Source: Monocercomonoides exilis PA203 (taxonomy: Eukaryota; Protista; Preaxostyla). Taken from it: a DNA stretch of 64,000 nucleotides. Positions 38,998 to 48,595 of the stretch are shown here, piece by piece. The notes under the pieces were generated by a model. It saw only the letters and a list, made by a program, of their open reading frames with translations. It did not search any database and was not told the DNA's origin. The first letter of the stretch is position 1; each line of letters starts with the position of its first letter. Both the position numbers and the translations under genes were made by a program. The stretch spans positions 2,356,001 to 2,420,000 of the forward strand of contig LSRY02000001.1 in the NCBI GenBank assembly GCA_001643675.2, in the 5' to 3' direction.

Positions 38998-40542
38998 ATA
39001 TTATAATTTATCTCAATATTAAGTTCATTATTTGCACAAGAAAAAAAAAATTTATTTTCTTCTCACTTTACATCATTAAAAAAATTATTTTAAATGGGAT
39101 ACTGACGAAAAGGCAAAAAAGGAATTTCGGATCGTAGGTGACGGTCATGAACGTCAGTGCAAGCCAGTATTTCAATGTTGATCAAAAAATTGAAATAAAT
39201 TCTAATTGTTGAAAAAGTTGCATTTTGCAACGTGAAAGATGAAATGAAATGGAATGATGAAGAATTTTTTTGCACTTTAATAAAGTTATTATTGTGGAAA
39301 TCAAAATTGAACGCATGCAATTAGAACGCACGTGGAAAACTTGACCTCAAGGAAATTCAACAATTCATCCAGAACGAAATATCATCAGGATATGGTTAGC
39401 TTGTTTCAAAAGAGAAATTTTATTAACAGTTTTTTTATTGACAAGCTCACAAAGTTCACTAAAATGTCCAAAGCCAGTAGTCAGATAACAAACTAATCAC
39501 TGTTTATCTTCATCTCTTTGTTACGCACACAAATATGTTGAAGATTCGGCTTCAACAAATTCCTTTTCAATAAAATGTTATTTTCGTTTTTTTTCATTCA
39601 TCTTTCTTTCCCGACAACGTTGAAAAGTATTTATCAATTTCTTCGATCGACTTGAAGCGCCTGCCTTCCTTATCTTCATCACTTGATTATTGAGCGCAAT
39701 TTTTTCAGAAACGCCTGCTGAACATCACGACTGAAGAATTTTTCTTCGAAAACGAGTGATAGAAAAAAGTTTTTTGGATATCATAAACATGAAACAAATT
39801 GTGTCGAGAATAACGATTGCGAAATGGAAGAATCATTCATTTCTGGAAGAATTGAAAGATGATCAGAAATTTTTGATAAAGATTTTGCATGGAATGGTGA
39901 AAAGCACAAAAGTCTTTAATAACTTTGCAGAACTTTTTTCTCTCTCTTTGTCAACAGAAGATGAGGGCTGAATAGTTGTTCGAATGAATGAAATGTTTTG
40001 AGAAGTTTGACACTTCTAAATAGCTTTGAAAATGGATTCAATATTGAATATAATTATAACTTATTGTTAACAAATGCTCTCAAATTTTTCATATTTTTTC
40101 TTAATATCTCACATCAAGTCAGAGGAATATCCAAAAGATATTTTTGAAGCACGTTGATTTTAATTGCATTATTAAAATACTTTGCAATTCATCTCCAAAA
40201 AATATTATTAAATCAAATTATTATATTTCGCTGCATTTAATAACCTGTAAATCAAAGAAACTTTGCGAAATGAAACAGTTATATGGTTTATTCATTCATC
40301 TTCTTTTGAATCTTTTCTCCTAATTCTTATTCTTTTCTTGTTTCTTTGTAAATATCTTTTGTATTATTCTTTTTCGCATCATCCCCGCAGAATGTCATTC
40401 TCTTTGATCCGCTTGAAATAGGTTTCGTTTTGGTTTTCCTTTCAAGTCCACCAACTCGTTCCGATATCTGAATTTTCGCTTTTCTCTCTTTCTAATTCTT
40501 CGATTCTTCTTCGCTCGCACAGCACCTAGCTTTATTTGAGCT

Positions 40543-42280
40543 TTAAAAAGAAAGCATCCAGGCAGAGGCAGATGAGGCGAATGAGATGCACACGCCATTG
40601 GTAGCAGTCTGTTGGTTTTGTGGAGCTGAGTTGATGCTGGCAATGGTGCAGTTGGTGAGTGAGAGGGAGAGGGCAGGGGAGGTGGCTGAGGAGAGGACAC
40701 AGCTGGTGGGAGTGGCTGTGGAGGTGATATCGGTGATGCTGGAGGAGTTGAGGGTGAGGGGAGCGGTGAGGGAGGTGAGGTGGAAGATGCTTTGGCTGTT
40801 GAGGGCGAGACTGGTGATTGATGTGTGGTTGAGGGCGAGGGAGCCAGCAGTGAGGAAGAAGAGGGGAGTTTTTATTGTTATGGAGGTTGTTCCGGTGATG
40901 GTGGTTGTGTTGAGGTTGAGGGAAGGGGAGTCATTGGAGAGGTGGAAGAGGATGGGAGTGATGGGATTTGGGGAGTTGTGGGCAATGGCGAGGGCAGAGA
41001 CTGTGAGTGAGCCTTGTGTTTGTTGGAAGAGTGCAGAAGTTGCAGATGGATCTGGTGAAGAAGATGTTGATAATGATGAGGATGATTGTGATGATTGTGA
41101 ATGTGGGTTTTGTGGTTGGGGAATGCCACTGGAGGCGATGGTGGTGGCAGTTGTGCCATTTCCAGTGATTTTTGTATTTGGAGCACGAAATGTGAGAGTC
41201 TTTGTGGGAGTGAAAGTGGAGACGAGAAGAGAGAGGGAGGCATCGCTGAAGGGAGCAACGCATCCGAGGGCATACTCCACCGTGGCACAGGGGCTTTGCT
41301 GTGTTTTGCCACAGGCATCGACATCACTTCCACCATTTGAGACTATTTTATTCTGGTTGATGATCGGAAGCCATCCATTGTACACACCGCTATCTGCAGT
41401 TCCTGCATTCCAGACTCTTTTTGTTGGAGTTGTTGAACCACAATTCTCGAATGGAGATTGAGCGATACTGCTTCCACTGAAGAACACATCGTTTCATCTA
41501 CCATTTTTGGCAGAGTTGCCATCGAAAAAGCAGAAAGTGATGAATCTAATTTCTTTCATCCAATTGTAGGTTGCATCAAAATAAATACCAGCTCCGCCGC
41601 GTGTAGATGAACTTGACGTCAATTCATTATTTACAAATTGGCAATCACTTATCTAAAACTGAATTGGTTTGTTATTTGGAGGATCATTAAATGTTAGAGA
41701 ACCAGCAGCATCACCACCCGAATTTGAAATGCACTTGCATTTGGTGAACAGGAATTGACAGGCTGAGGTCATGTTATAGATCCAGAAATACCAACCAGTT
41801 CCATAAATACCCGTTATTTTTCAACCTTCAACTCTGTTATCAGAAAATGAATTAACGGAAGATAATTGTTGTTCATCTACACAAATTGCTCCTCCGTGAA
41901 ATGAAGAACAGTTTGTGAAATTTGATTTTGCATTTTCAATTTTTTTCAAACAGTGACTATATAACGCTCTACCATGATTTGCATTAGAACAATTGAAAAG
42001 CGAGCAAGAAGTGATTGTGAGATTTGCATTTGTGCAATTTATTTTCAGAGCACCTCCGTATCCATTTCCACTGTTTGAATCATTCCACGCACACTATTCA
42101 AGGAGATAGCTGTTCAATTCAGAAAAAGCCAATCTTCCAAGGTTCGCTCTTTGAGATTCAGATCCGACATTCACCGCAGCAGCATTAGAAGAAGATCGTA
42201 TAAGGTGAAAGAAGTTGGTTGCACAAACGAGCAGAAAGAAAGAATGAAGTGGTGTGGAGGGAGAAATAGATACGGAGTAG
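40543..42280 (-). pseudogene. Disrupted Cys-rich GGAI/GGAL-repeat surface-protein gene
   Basis: GGAL/GGAI, FxxC and CG..QSPC.T modules as in 53328-61103; in-frame stops and frameshifts upstream of the 314-aa ORF; truncated 3' end. Confidence 0.7.
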
Positions 42281-43185
42281 AAGATGAAAAATACATTGAA
42301 AAAGATTATCTTTAAGAAAATACAAAGAATAATTAAATTGAAGAAGCACTTAGCGTTAACAAAAAACCGTCTGCATTACAGAAATATATGAATGAATTAT
42401 ATCGTTGAAATATTTTATAAAATCGATTGAAAAATGAAAAATGAAAAGAATTACAAAAGTTTCAAACTGTTGAAGTGATAAATAGCTTATATATATCTGA
42501 TAAAAAAATATAGTGCAAAAACAAAATCCGCATTATTGCACAATCCATGCATAACAAATCTTATTAAAGAATAATTCATTCGAAAAAATAACTGAAATAA
42601 ATTTTTGGGATATGAGAAAAAATCAATTTTTGATAAATTCAAAAATTAAAAAAAACAAATAAAGTTCAAAAAAATAATACTCACACAAAAATAATCATTC
42701 ATTCTTAAAAAAAGAAAAATAAAAATAAAAAAAAAATAAAAAAATAACAGAAAATAAAATAAAAAAAATAAAAATTAAAATAAAAATAGAAAAAAAAAAA
42801 CACTGGAAAATTACTGAAGGACGTGAAATTTTTTTTTCGATACGTCAGACAGGTTTACTTCAATTTCGAAAAAGTGAAGAAATTTTTTCAAATATATCAA
42901 CTTTTGGTTTGATCAAAATAAAGAAAAAGGTATGCTTTTCTTCTCAAATGCAAAAACGATCATTGGTTTTGTTGCTGTAACATATTGCACATTTGTTTGT
43001 TGAAAAAAACCTTTCAATTTGAATTTAATCAAAAGCGTTTTCAAACAGTCAGATAAAAAAAGAAGTTTGTTTTTGCTGATAATCTCATTGTTTGAAGTCC
43101 TGTTGTGCTCATTGTGTCCTGAATGAATCACAAACAGAATGAATGTTGGAGGTGATGGAATTCAAGAAATGAACACTGTGGACAA

Positions 43186-43266
43186 TTCGCAATAGAGCGA
43201 ATATACGAACGCAAGGAGCAGGTTTGCTCCTCAATAATGAGTTTGATCTTAAATTATGGGTGGTTT
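43186..43266 (+). repeat. DIRS left ITR with 5' extension
   Basis: GAACGCA..GAGCAGG.TTTGCTCC..AATAATGAGTTTGATCTTAAATTATGGGTGGTTT is the imperfect reverse complement of 49192-49252. Confidence 0.92.
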
Positions 43267-43323
43267 AAGATCAAACTTCGCTAACAAATAAACCTTTGTT
43301 ACACACCATTGTCCGCAGTAATA

Positions 43324-44562
43324 ATGACACAAGATCCTGTTAGAATGGAAACCAGTGACAGCGAGGACAGAGGATTTGATCTTGCAATTAGACTTTTAAG
43401 AGTAGAAAATTTGATTGAGGAAATGGCGAGAAGTCGAGCAGTTACGAGCCGCTCGGGAGCAGTAGGAATATTACCAGTGAGAAAGACGAAGAGGGAACGA
43501 CCAAGAGGAAGATCTCTATCGGGATCAAGCGAATCTGAGTCCGAATCTGATGACACAGAGATGATCGCAAAGAAGAGACACAGACAGCGATTGAGGGGCG
43601 GTCGCGGACGTAACCAGATGAAGAAATGGGACGATGTAGAAACCAGCGAGAGCGATTCCGAAAACACAGAAAAGCGGGAAGAAGAGCAAGATAGATCCGA
43701 AGATTTCTTGGGAATTTTCCCAGACGAATGGTTAACGCCTAGGAGACAAGCAGGAGAACTGAAGAGATTCATGGACTTTAGCAAAGCCGGATCTATCAGA
43801 ATAAATGATGATATCCTGAACACCTTTATCCCGGAGACGGAGAAGAACTTTTTTACAAGACACACTGACATCAGTTGGAACGCCTTAGCAGTGACGGGGG
43901 TCACTGCTGAGGGAAGGAAAGACTCTCCAGAAGCCGCTCGGGTTATCGAGCTGCTTCAGCCCGCCCTGGAATCGGGGTTTGAAGCCGCGAAGGCGATTGC
44001 AGCCCTCACTACAAGAGAATTGAAAAAGACACGCCTAGAGGAAGAAGAGAAAGAGCGACTGAGGGGGCTCTTTTGCGCGTACGCCCTAATAGCAGACTGT
44101 ATTAGCCGCATAAACTTGCTGAAAGTTATCCCTCAGTCAAGCTGGGAGAACGTGAAGTGTTTTCTGGACGGGGGAATGTCCAAGGACATCCCAGAGAGTT
44201 TCAGGAGACTGGTGGATAGCACCAGCTTTTTTCGTCCAGGGGGGGATGCTCCAGGATATGGAGCATCCCCCGCTTCTCCCACAACCTTCGGACTCGCCCC
44301 AGTCAGGGGCGTGCGCCCAGGAAAGTACAGCACAGGCAGAAACGCTCAAGGCTTTGCCTATAGGCAATTCCAGAAGCAAGGTTTCGAAGGAAGCTTCTCA
44401 AATTTCAAACAAAGAAGGAGGTCAACACAAACTCGACCACAACAGGCCCCAGCAACAGCTGGGAGAGCCCCCTCGTTCACAGTCCCCCTTCCTCCAGCCC
44501 CCCCGAGGACACAGGGAGAATCAGCAGCAGGAACAGCTTCTGGAACGAGCCAGTGGGCGTAG
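43324..44562 (+). CDS. DIRS ORF1, gag-like protein
   Basis: About 412-aa ORF at the 5' end of the element; S/E/R-rich N-terminus, helical core, G/R/P-rich C-terminus; assigned by position. Confidence 0.75.
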   Translation: MTQDPVRMETSDSEDRGFDLAIRLLRVENLIEEMARSRAVTSRSGAVGILPVRKTKRERPRGRSLSGSSESESESDDTEMIAKKRHRQRLRGGRGRNQMKKWDDVETSESDSENTEKREEEQDRSEDFLGIFPDEWLTPRRQAGELKRFMDFSKAGSIRINDDILNTFIPETEKNFFTRHTDISWNALAVTGVTAEGRKDSPEAARVIELLQPALESGFEAAKAIAALTTRELKKTRLEEEEKERLRGLFCAYALIADCISRINLLKVIPQSSWENVKCFLDGGMSKDIPESFRRLVDSTSFFRPGGDAPGYGASPASPTTFGLAPVRGVRPGKYSTGRNAQGFAYRQFQKQGFEGSFSNFKQRRRSTQTRPQQAPATAGRAPSFTVPLPPAPPRTQGESAAGTASGTSQWA

Positions 44563-47500
44563 AAAGAGCCGCGCTTTGCCGCGAGACAGAGAGAGAAGAG
44601 AGAGCCGCGCTTTGCCGCGAGACAGAGAGAGAAGAGAGAGCCGCGCTTCGCCGCGAGACAGGGACGGACATGACGCTGTCAGAGTTCAGGGGAATGACAG
44701 TACTACGGGAGGTCCCAATCAATCGACAGACAAGCACAGGGGAGGAACCCTGGGAAGTCTGCGAGAGCAACGAAGAGGCATTGAGCCCTTCCGACCAAAA
44801 GAAGAGGATAGAGATAGAAAGCTCGATAGATTGCGAGATGGGAACAGGGAGAGTAAACACAGAGGAAGACTCCGTACATCCCCACGGGACAGTACAGATG
44901 AACGGTCAGGAAACCGAGAGGGAGGTAGTGAAGAGAGCCTTGAGAGCTTCTGGGACTGTTATCGAGTCCCTAATTGGGAGCGTCCTGGAGGAGAGCTGGA
45001 AGATAGCTACTGCAGATACTCTCGAAGGGAAAGAGACCGCACAGATACAGACTGGTCAAAGGACGCCAGAAGTGGGGAGTTGCGTAGCAGTGGGACCACC
45101 GAAGGAGCCACTTCCTGGGAGACTGGTGAACAGGCTGAACGAGTGGAGGAAGATTGGGGGAGACAAATTAGTGAGCCGTGGTATAAAAGCACGATGGATG
45201 AGTCCCCAATCCCCAATCTCACTCGAGGAGAGAAAACACAGACAAGAATTTCGGGGAACAACAGAGATGACAAACAATTATTTATCCCTCTTAGAGGAGG
45301 AAGTGAAAGAAGGAGTGGTGAAACCCATACAGGAGTCGGAGGTAAAGTGGTTCAACCCGACATTTATGGTCCGGAAGAAGAACGGAAAGTGGAGGAAGAT
45401 TCTGGATTGCAGAATTTTAAACGAGGAAGTGCTAGGGAAACACTTCAAGATGGATTCCCAGGAGACAGTTGTGGAACTCCTGGAGGAGAACGATTGGATG
45501 ACCACGCTCGACATATCGAGTGCTTATCAACATGTCAAAGTGGACGAGCAGTTCAGTCCCTTTCTGTGCTTCAGCTTCCAAAAGCAATGCTACACTTACG
45601 TGGGGATGCCATTTGGAGCAAAGGACGCGCCCAGAGTATTCACGAAGATAATGAGACGGGCAGCGTCATATATCAGAGAACATTGGAAGGTGAAGCTGGT
45701 GATATATCTGGACGACATCCTCCTCATGCACCCAGACAGGGATGCATTGAGATCGATCTCACAGGAGATAGCCCAGTTCCTGAGAAATCTGGGCTGGATA
45801 CTGTCGGAGGAGAAGCTGAAGCTAGAACCCGCAAGGAGCGTGGAGTTTTTGGGATGGAGTTGGAATTCAGAGAAGATGGAAGTGACGCTCCAAGAGAGGA
45901 AGAGAGTGCTGCTCCTGGAGGATGTGCGAAAGTGGATAGCACATGCAAAGAAGAGGAGGAGACAAAAGACGAGGGACTTAGCAGCACTCCTCGGGAGGCT
46001 GAATTTTGTGAGGTTACAACACCCACCAGCGAGCTTGTGGATGAAGCGCATGCAATACGTGCTGAGACAGGCAATAGCCCGCGGAGGCTGGAACGGGACA
46101 GTGATACCCAACCCAATGATGTTAGGAGAATTAACACATTGGAGGAAAACTCTGCGAGAGAACAGACCAAGGAGTCTGAGGAGAAGGAACAGACCAGCAG
46201 AGCTAACAACGGACGCTTCGGAGCTGGGATGGGGTGCAGTATTAACAATACCAACAGAGAACAAAGAGGAGAAGATATATGTCCACGGGAGTTGGACCCT
46301 CCAGGAGAGCGCATTAGCGATAAACGAGAAGGAGTCCAGAGCAGTGTTGAGGACTTTGGAAAGGAAAGGAGCATGGCTGAAAGAACAGAAGATAGATCAT
46401 ATTCGTCTGAAGACAGACAACATGTCCACGAGATGGACAATCCAGAAGAAAAGGGGAGCGCCATCGCTCATCCCAACACTGAGAGCATTGGAGAAGAAAC
46501 TGAACAGCCTGAACTTAACAATACAGACGGAACATCTCCCGGGAGAGCAGAACACGGAAGCAGATGCACTCAGCCGGATGGCGAAGAAGCCGGACTATGC
46601 ACTGAAGGGGGAGAAAGTCGCAGAGATATTACAGTCAATCGCACCGAGAACACTAGATACAATTTCAGAACAGATTGCGCCGGTGCCCTGCGGAAGTACT
46701 TGGAGACTATCCTCCATGAGAAGGAAGAGAGAGGAAGGAACACCAGAAGACGACATAGTGCTAGTCCACCCGTTCCTGAGAAACATTGGGCGAGTGATGA
46801 AAGAGAAGATGAACGAAGCTCAGAGGAATCTGACGATTCTGATTCTGCCAGCCTGGCGGGGGCAGACCTGGACCCCGCTACTGCAGCCTGGGCATTTGAC
46901 AAAGACCCTGGGGACCTTTCAGGAGTGCATGACACCGGGAACGAAGATGAGAAGGGAAGGCTGGAAATTACCCCCAGGAGAGGTAATAAGCGTTATACTG
47001 GAGAAGAGAATATTCAGGGGAGAGACCTCTTCTTAACATGGGGAGAACACGTTGGAGCAAAAGACATAGCAGCAGCAATACTTAGAAATCAGAAGAGTGA
47101 GAGAGATACGTGGAGAGCCCTGCGAAGATTCAAGCAATTTCTAGATAGAGAGAGCATGGATGACACTGACCCCCTCACAACGAAAGATGCTAAATGGATT
47201 ATGGCAGAGTTCATCGAAACACTTTCGAATACAAACCTCTCAAGTGGAGTGATAAATCAGACAGTACGGAAGGTGCTGGATTCTATTAACCTCTTCAGAG
47301 AGACTAAGGTTGACGTGAAAGACATAGAGACATTTCTAAAGACCTATGTGGGGGAGAAACCAAGAAGAGGCAAACGATACAAATCGATGTGGGACTTGAC
47401 AATCATCACGAAGTGGGCAGAAGCCACTCACGATATGAAAGACCCACAGACTCTCCAAAGGAGGGCTCTCATTTTAACCATGATATTTGGTGCGTTAAGA

Positions 47501-48451
47501 CCAGCAGAGCTGGAGAGAATGAGAAGAGGGATAACGATACTTAGAGATGATTTAGTCCAGACACAAGTACAAACAAAAACATCAGGGGGAGAGACTGTTA
47601 AGGTTATTATAAATAAGCATCCAAACCCACGTATCGATGCGGTTGTAGCGCTCCAACGCTGGATGGATTATATAAAGACAACCTTTAGAGACGAACATGT
47701 GTGGTTCGATCTCAGGGGGAGGCAACCTGCAAACTTGCAGAGGATTAAAGAAGAATTAGTGGCTGTCCTGAGAGAGAACGGAATACCCGACACATTTACC
47801 GCGTACTCGATAAGACACGCTGTGATAACACACTTAGCAAGACAACAAGATGCAGATTGGAAAGCAATCAATGCGTACGCGAGATGGGCGCCAGGCTCTA
47901 GAGTAGCCCAGGAGTATTACACCGTGTTACCAGTTCAGGACACGAGATGGATCCTGGAGACAATCGGTGGCCCAGTACCCCTGGCAGAGAAGGGAGGAAA
48001 GTCGGAGAAGGACAGCAAAGGAAAAGAAATTTCAAATGAGAATACAGAATCTGAAACAAAGGAGTATCCGGAAGAAACATCACAATCTGGGGGAGAAGCG
48101 GAGACGAGCAAGAGAAAGAATTCGAAGAGACGAGGGTCGACTCGAGAGAAGAGTTCGCATCATGAGGACGATATAACACAACCCACCAGGGGTGATGAGA
48201 CACCATCCATAATTCCCCGCAGCATCATGGAGCTGGCGGAGGGCAGACAACCTGCCTCGCAGAAGAAACTCGAGACCGATCGGAGGAAACGCGGAGAGAG
48301 AAGCATAGGACAAATTGTCATGCCCGCTCAAGTACAGAAGACTCGATCGAGAACCCCCCGAAAACAGCGCAAGAGGGGGGAGGGAGTAGGGATTGAGGCC
48401 GCACCTTCATCCGCAGTCCCTCTGGTCATCCGCCGCACGGCAAGGTGCTAG
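44246..48451 (+). CDS. DIRS ORF3, tyrosine recombinase with long N-terminal region overlapping RT
   Basis: YR motifs GALRPAEL (Arg), QTKT (Lys), YSIRHA (HxxR box), ARW...EYY (Trp/Tyr) in the region after 47036. Confidence 0.9.
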   Translation: MLQDMEHPPLLPQPSDSPQSGACAQESTAQAETLKALPIGNSRSKVSKEASQISNKEGGQHKLDHNRPQQQLGEPPRSQSPFLQPPRGHRENQQQEQLLERASGRRKSRALPRDRERRESRALPRDRERRESRASPRDRDGHDAVRVQGNDSTTGGPNQSTDKHRGGTLGSLREQRRGIEPFRPKEEDRDRKLDRLRDGNRESKHRGRLRTSPRDSTDERSGNREGGSEESLESFWDCYRVPNWERPGGELEDSYCRYSRRERDRTDTDWSKDARSGELRSSGTTEGATSWETGEQAERVEEDWGRQISEPWYKSTMDESPIPNLTRGEKTQTRISGNNRDDKQLFIPLRGGSERRSGETHTGVGGKVVQPDIYGPEEERKVEEDSGLQNFKRGSARETLQDGFPGDSCGTPGGERLDDHARHIECLSTCQSGRAVQSLSVLQLPKAMLHLRGDAIWSKGRAQSIHEDNETGSVIYQRTLEGEAGDISGRHPPHAPRQGCIEIDLTGDSPVPEKSGLDTVGGEAEARTRKERGVFGMELEFREDGSDAPREEESAAPGGCAKVDSTCKEEEETKDEGLSSTPREAEFCEVTTPTSELVDEAHAIRAETGNSPRRLERDSDTQPNDVRRINTLEENSAREQTKESEEKEQTSRANNGRFGAGMGCSINNTNREQRGEDICPRELDPPGERISDKREGVQSSVEDFGKERSMAERTEDRSYSSEDRQHVHEMDNPEEKGSAIAHPNTESIGEETEQPELNNTDGTSPGRAEHGSRCTQPDGEEAGLCTEGGESRRDITVNRTENTRYNFRTDCAGALRKYLETILHEKEERGRNTRRRHSASPPVPEKHWASDEREDERSSEESDDSDSASLAGADLDPATAAWAFDKDPGDLSGVHDTGNEDEKGRLEITPRRGNKRYTGEENIQGRDLFLTWGEHVGAKDIAAAILRNQKSERDTWRALRRFKQFLDRESMDDTDPLTTKDAKWIMAEFIETLSNTNLSSGVINQTVRKVLDSINLFRETKVDVKDIETFLKTYVGEKPRRGKRYKSMWDLTIITKWAEATHDMKDPQTLQRRALILTMIFGALRPAELERMRRGITILRDDLVQTQVQTKTSGGETVKVIINKHPNPRIDAVVALQRWMDYIKTTFRDEHVWFDLRGRQPANLQRIKEELVAVLRENGIPDTFTAYSIRHAVITHLARQQDADWKAINAYARWAPGSRVAQEYYTVLPVQDTRWILETIGGPVPLAEKGGKSEKDSKGKEISNENTESETKEYPEETSQSGGEAETSKRKNSKRRGSTREKSSHHEDDITQPTRGDETPSIIPRSIMELAEGRQPASQKKLETDRRKRGERSIGQIVMPAQVQKTRSRTPRKQRKRGEGVGIEAAPSSAVPLVIRRTARC
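44553..47036 (+). CDS. DIRS ORF2, reverse transcriptase + RNase H + degenerate MT-like domain (first ATG 44670)
   Basis: WRKILDCR, HFKMD, LDISSAYQHV, MPFG..AP..FTK, YLDD; RNase H TDAS..GWG, INEKE, TDN, HLPG..N..ADALSR; C-terminal ILILPAW..Q.W.PLL. Confidence 0.96.
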   Translation: MGVERAALCRETEREERAALCRETEREERAALRRETGTDMTLSEFRGMTVLREVPINRQTSTGEEPWEVCESNEEALSPSDQKKRIEIESSIDCEMGTGRVNTEEDSVHPHGTVQMNGQETEREVVKRALRASGTVIESLIGSVLEESWKIATADTLEGKETAQIQTGQRTPEVGSCVAVGPPKEPLPGRLVNRLNEWRKIGGDKLVSRGIKARWMSPQSPISLEERKHRQEFRGTTEMTNNYLSLLEEEVKEGVVKPIQESEVKWFNPTFMVRKKNGKWRKILDCRILNEEVLGKHFKMDSQETVVELLEENDWMTTLDISSAYQHVKVDEQFSPFLCFSFQKQCYTYVGMPFGAKDAPRVFTKIMRRAASYIREHWKVKLVIYLDDILLMHPDRDALRSISQEIAQFLRNLGWILSEEKLKLEPARSVEFLGWSWNSEKMEVTLQERKRVLLLEDVRKWIAHAKKRRRQKTRDLAALLGRLNFVRLQHPPASLWMKRMQYVLRQAIARGGWNGTVIPNPMMLGELTHWRKTLRENRPRSLRRRNRPAELTTDASELGWGAVLTIPTENKEEKIYVHGSWTLQESALAINEKESRAVLRTLERKGAWLKEQKIDHIRLKTDNMSTRWTIQKKRGAPSLIPTLRALEKKLNSLNLTIQTEHLPGEQNTEADALSRMAKKPDYALKGEKVAEILQSIAPRTLDTISEQIAPVPCGSTWRLSSMRRKREEGTPEDDIVLVHPFLRNIGRVMKEKMNEAQRNLTILILPAWRGQTWTPLLQPGHLTKTLGTFQECMTPGTKMRREGWKLPPGEVISVILEKRIFRGETSS
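44565..44661 (+). repeat. 36-bp tandem repeat, about 2.7 copies, inside DIRS
   Basis: AGAGCCGCGCTTTGCCGCGAGACAGAGAGAGAAGAG at 44565, 44601 and partial at 44637. Confidence 0.95.
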
Positions 48452-48499
48452 GCATGAGGGTTTAAGATCAGAGGAGAGAGGAGAACGAGGGATTTCAAG

Positions 48500-48595
48500 A
48501 CTCATTATTGAGGAGCAAACCTGCTCCTTGCGTTCGTATATTCGCTCTATTGCGAATTGATAGAACGCAGTGAGCAGGATTTGCTCCGAAATAAT
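48500..48595 (+). repeat. DIRS internal complementary region (ICR)
   Basis: 48500-48559 is the reverse complement of the left end (43183-43242); 48557-48595 is the reverse complement of the right end (49220-49258); the halves share TTG. Confidence 0.95.

Noticed and set aside
44565-44661. 36-bp repeats as a CRISPR array
   Set aside because: Direct tandem copies without spacers, inside coding sequence, eukaryotic context
45596-46935. Antisense ORFs of 120-250 aa inside the DIRS element
   Set aside because: Expected from compositional bias of the dual-coding strand; no motifs
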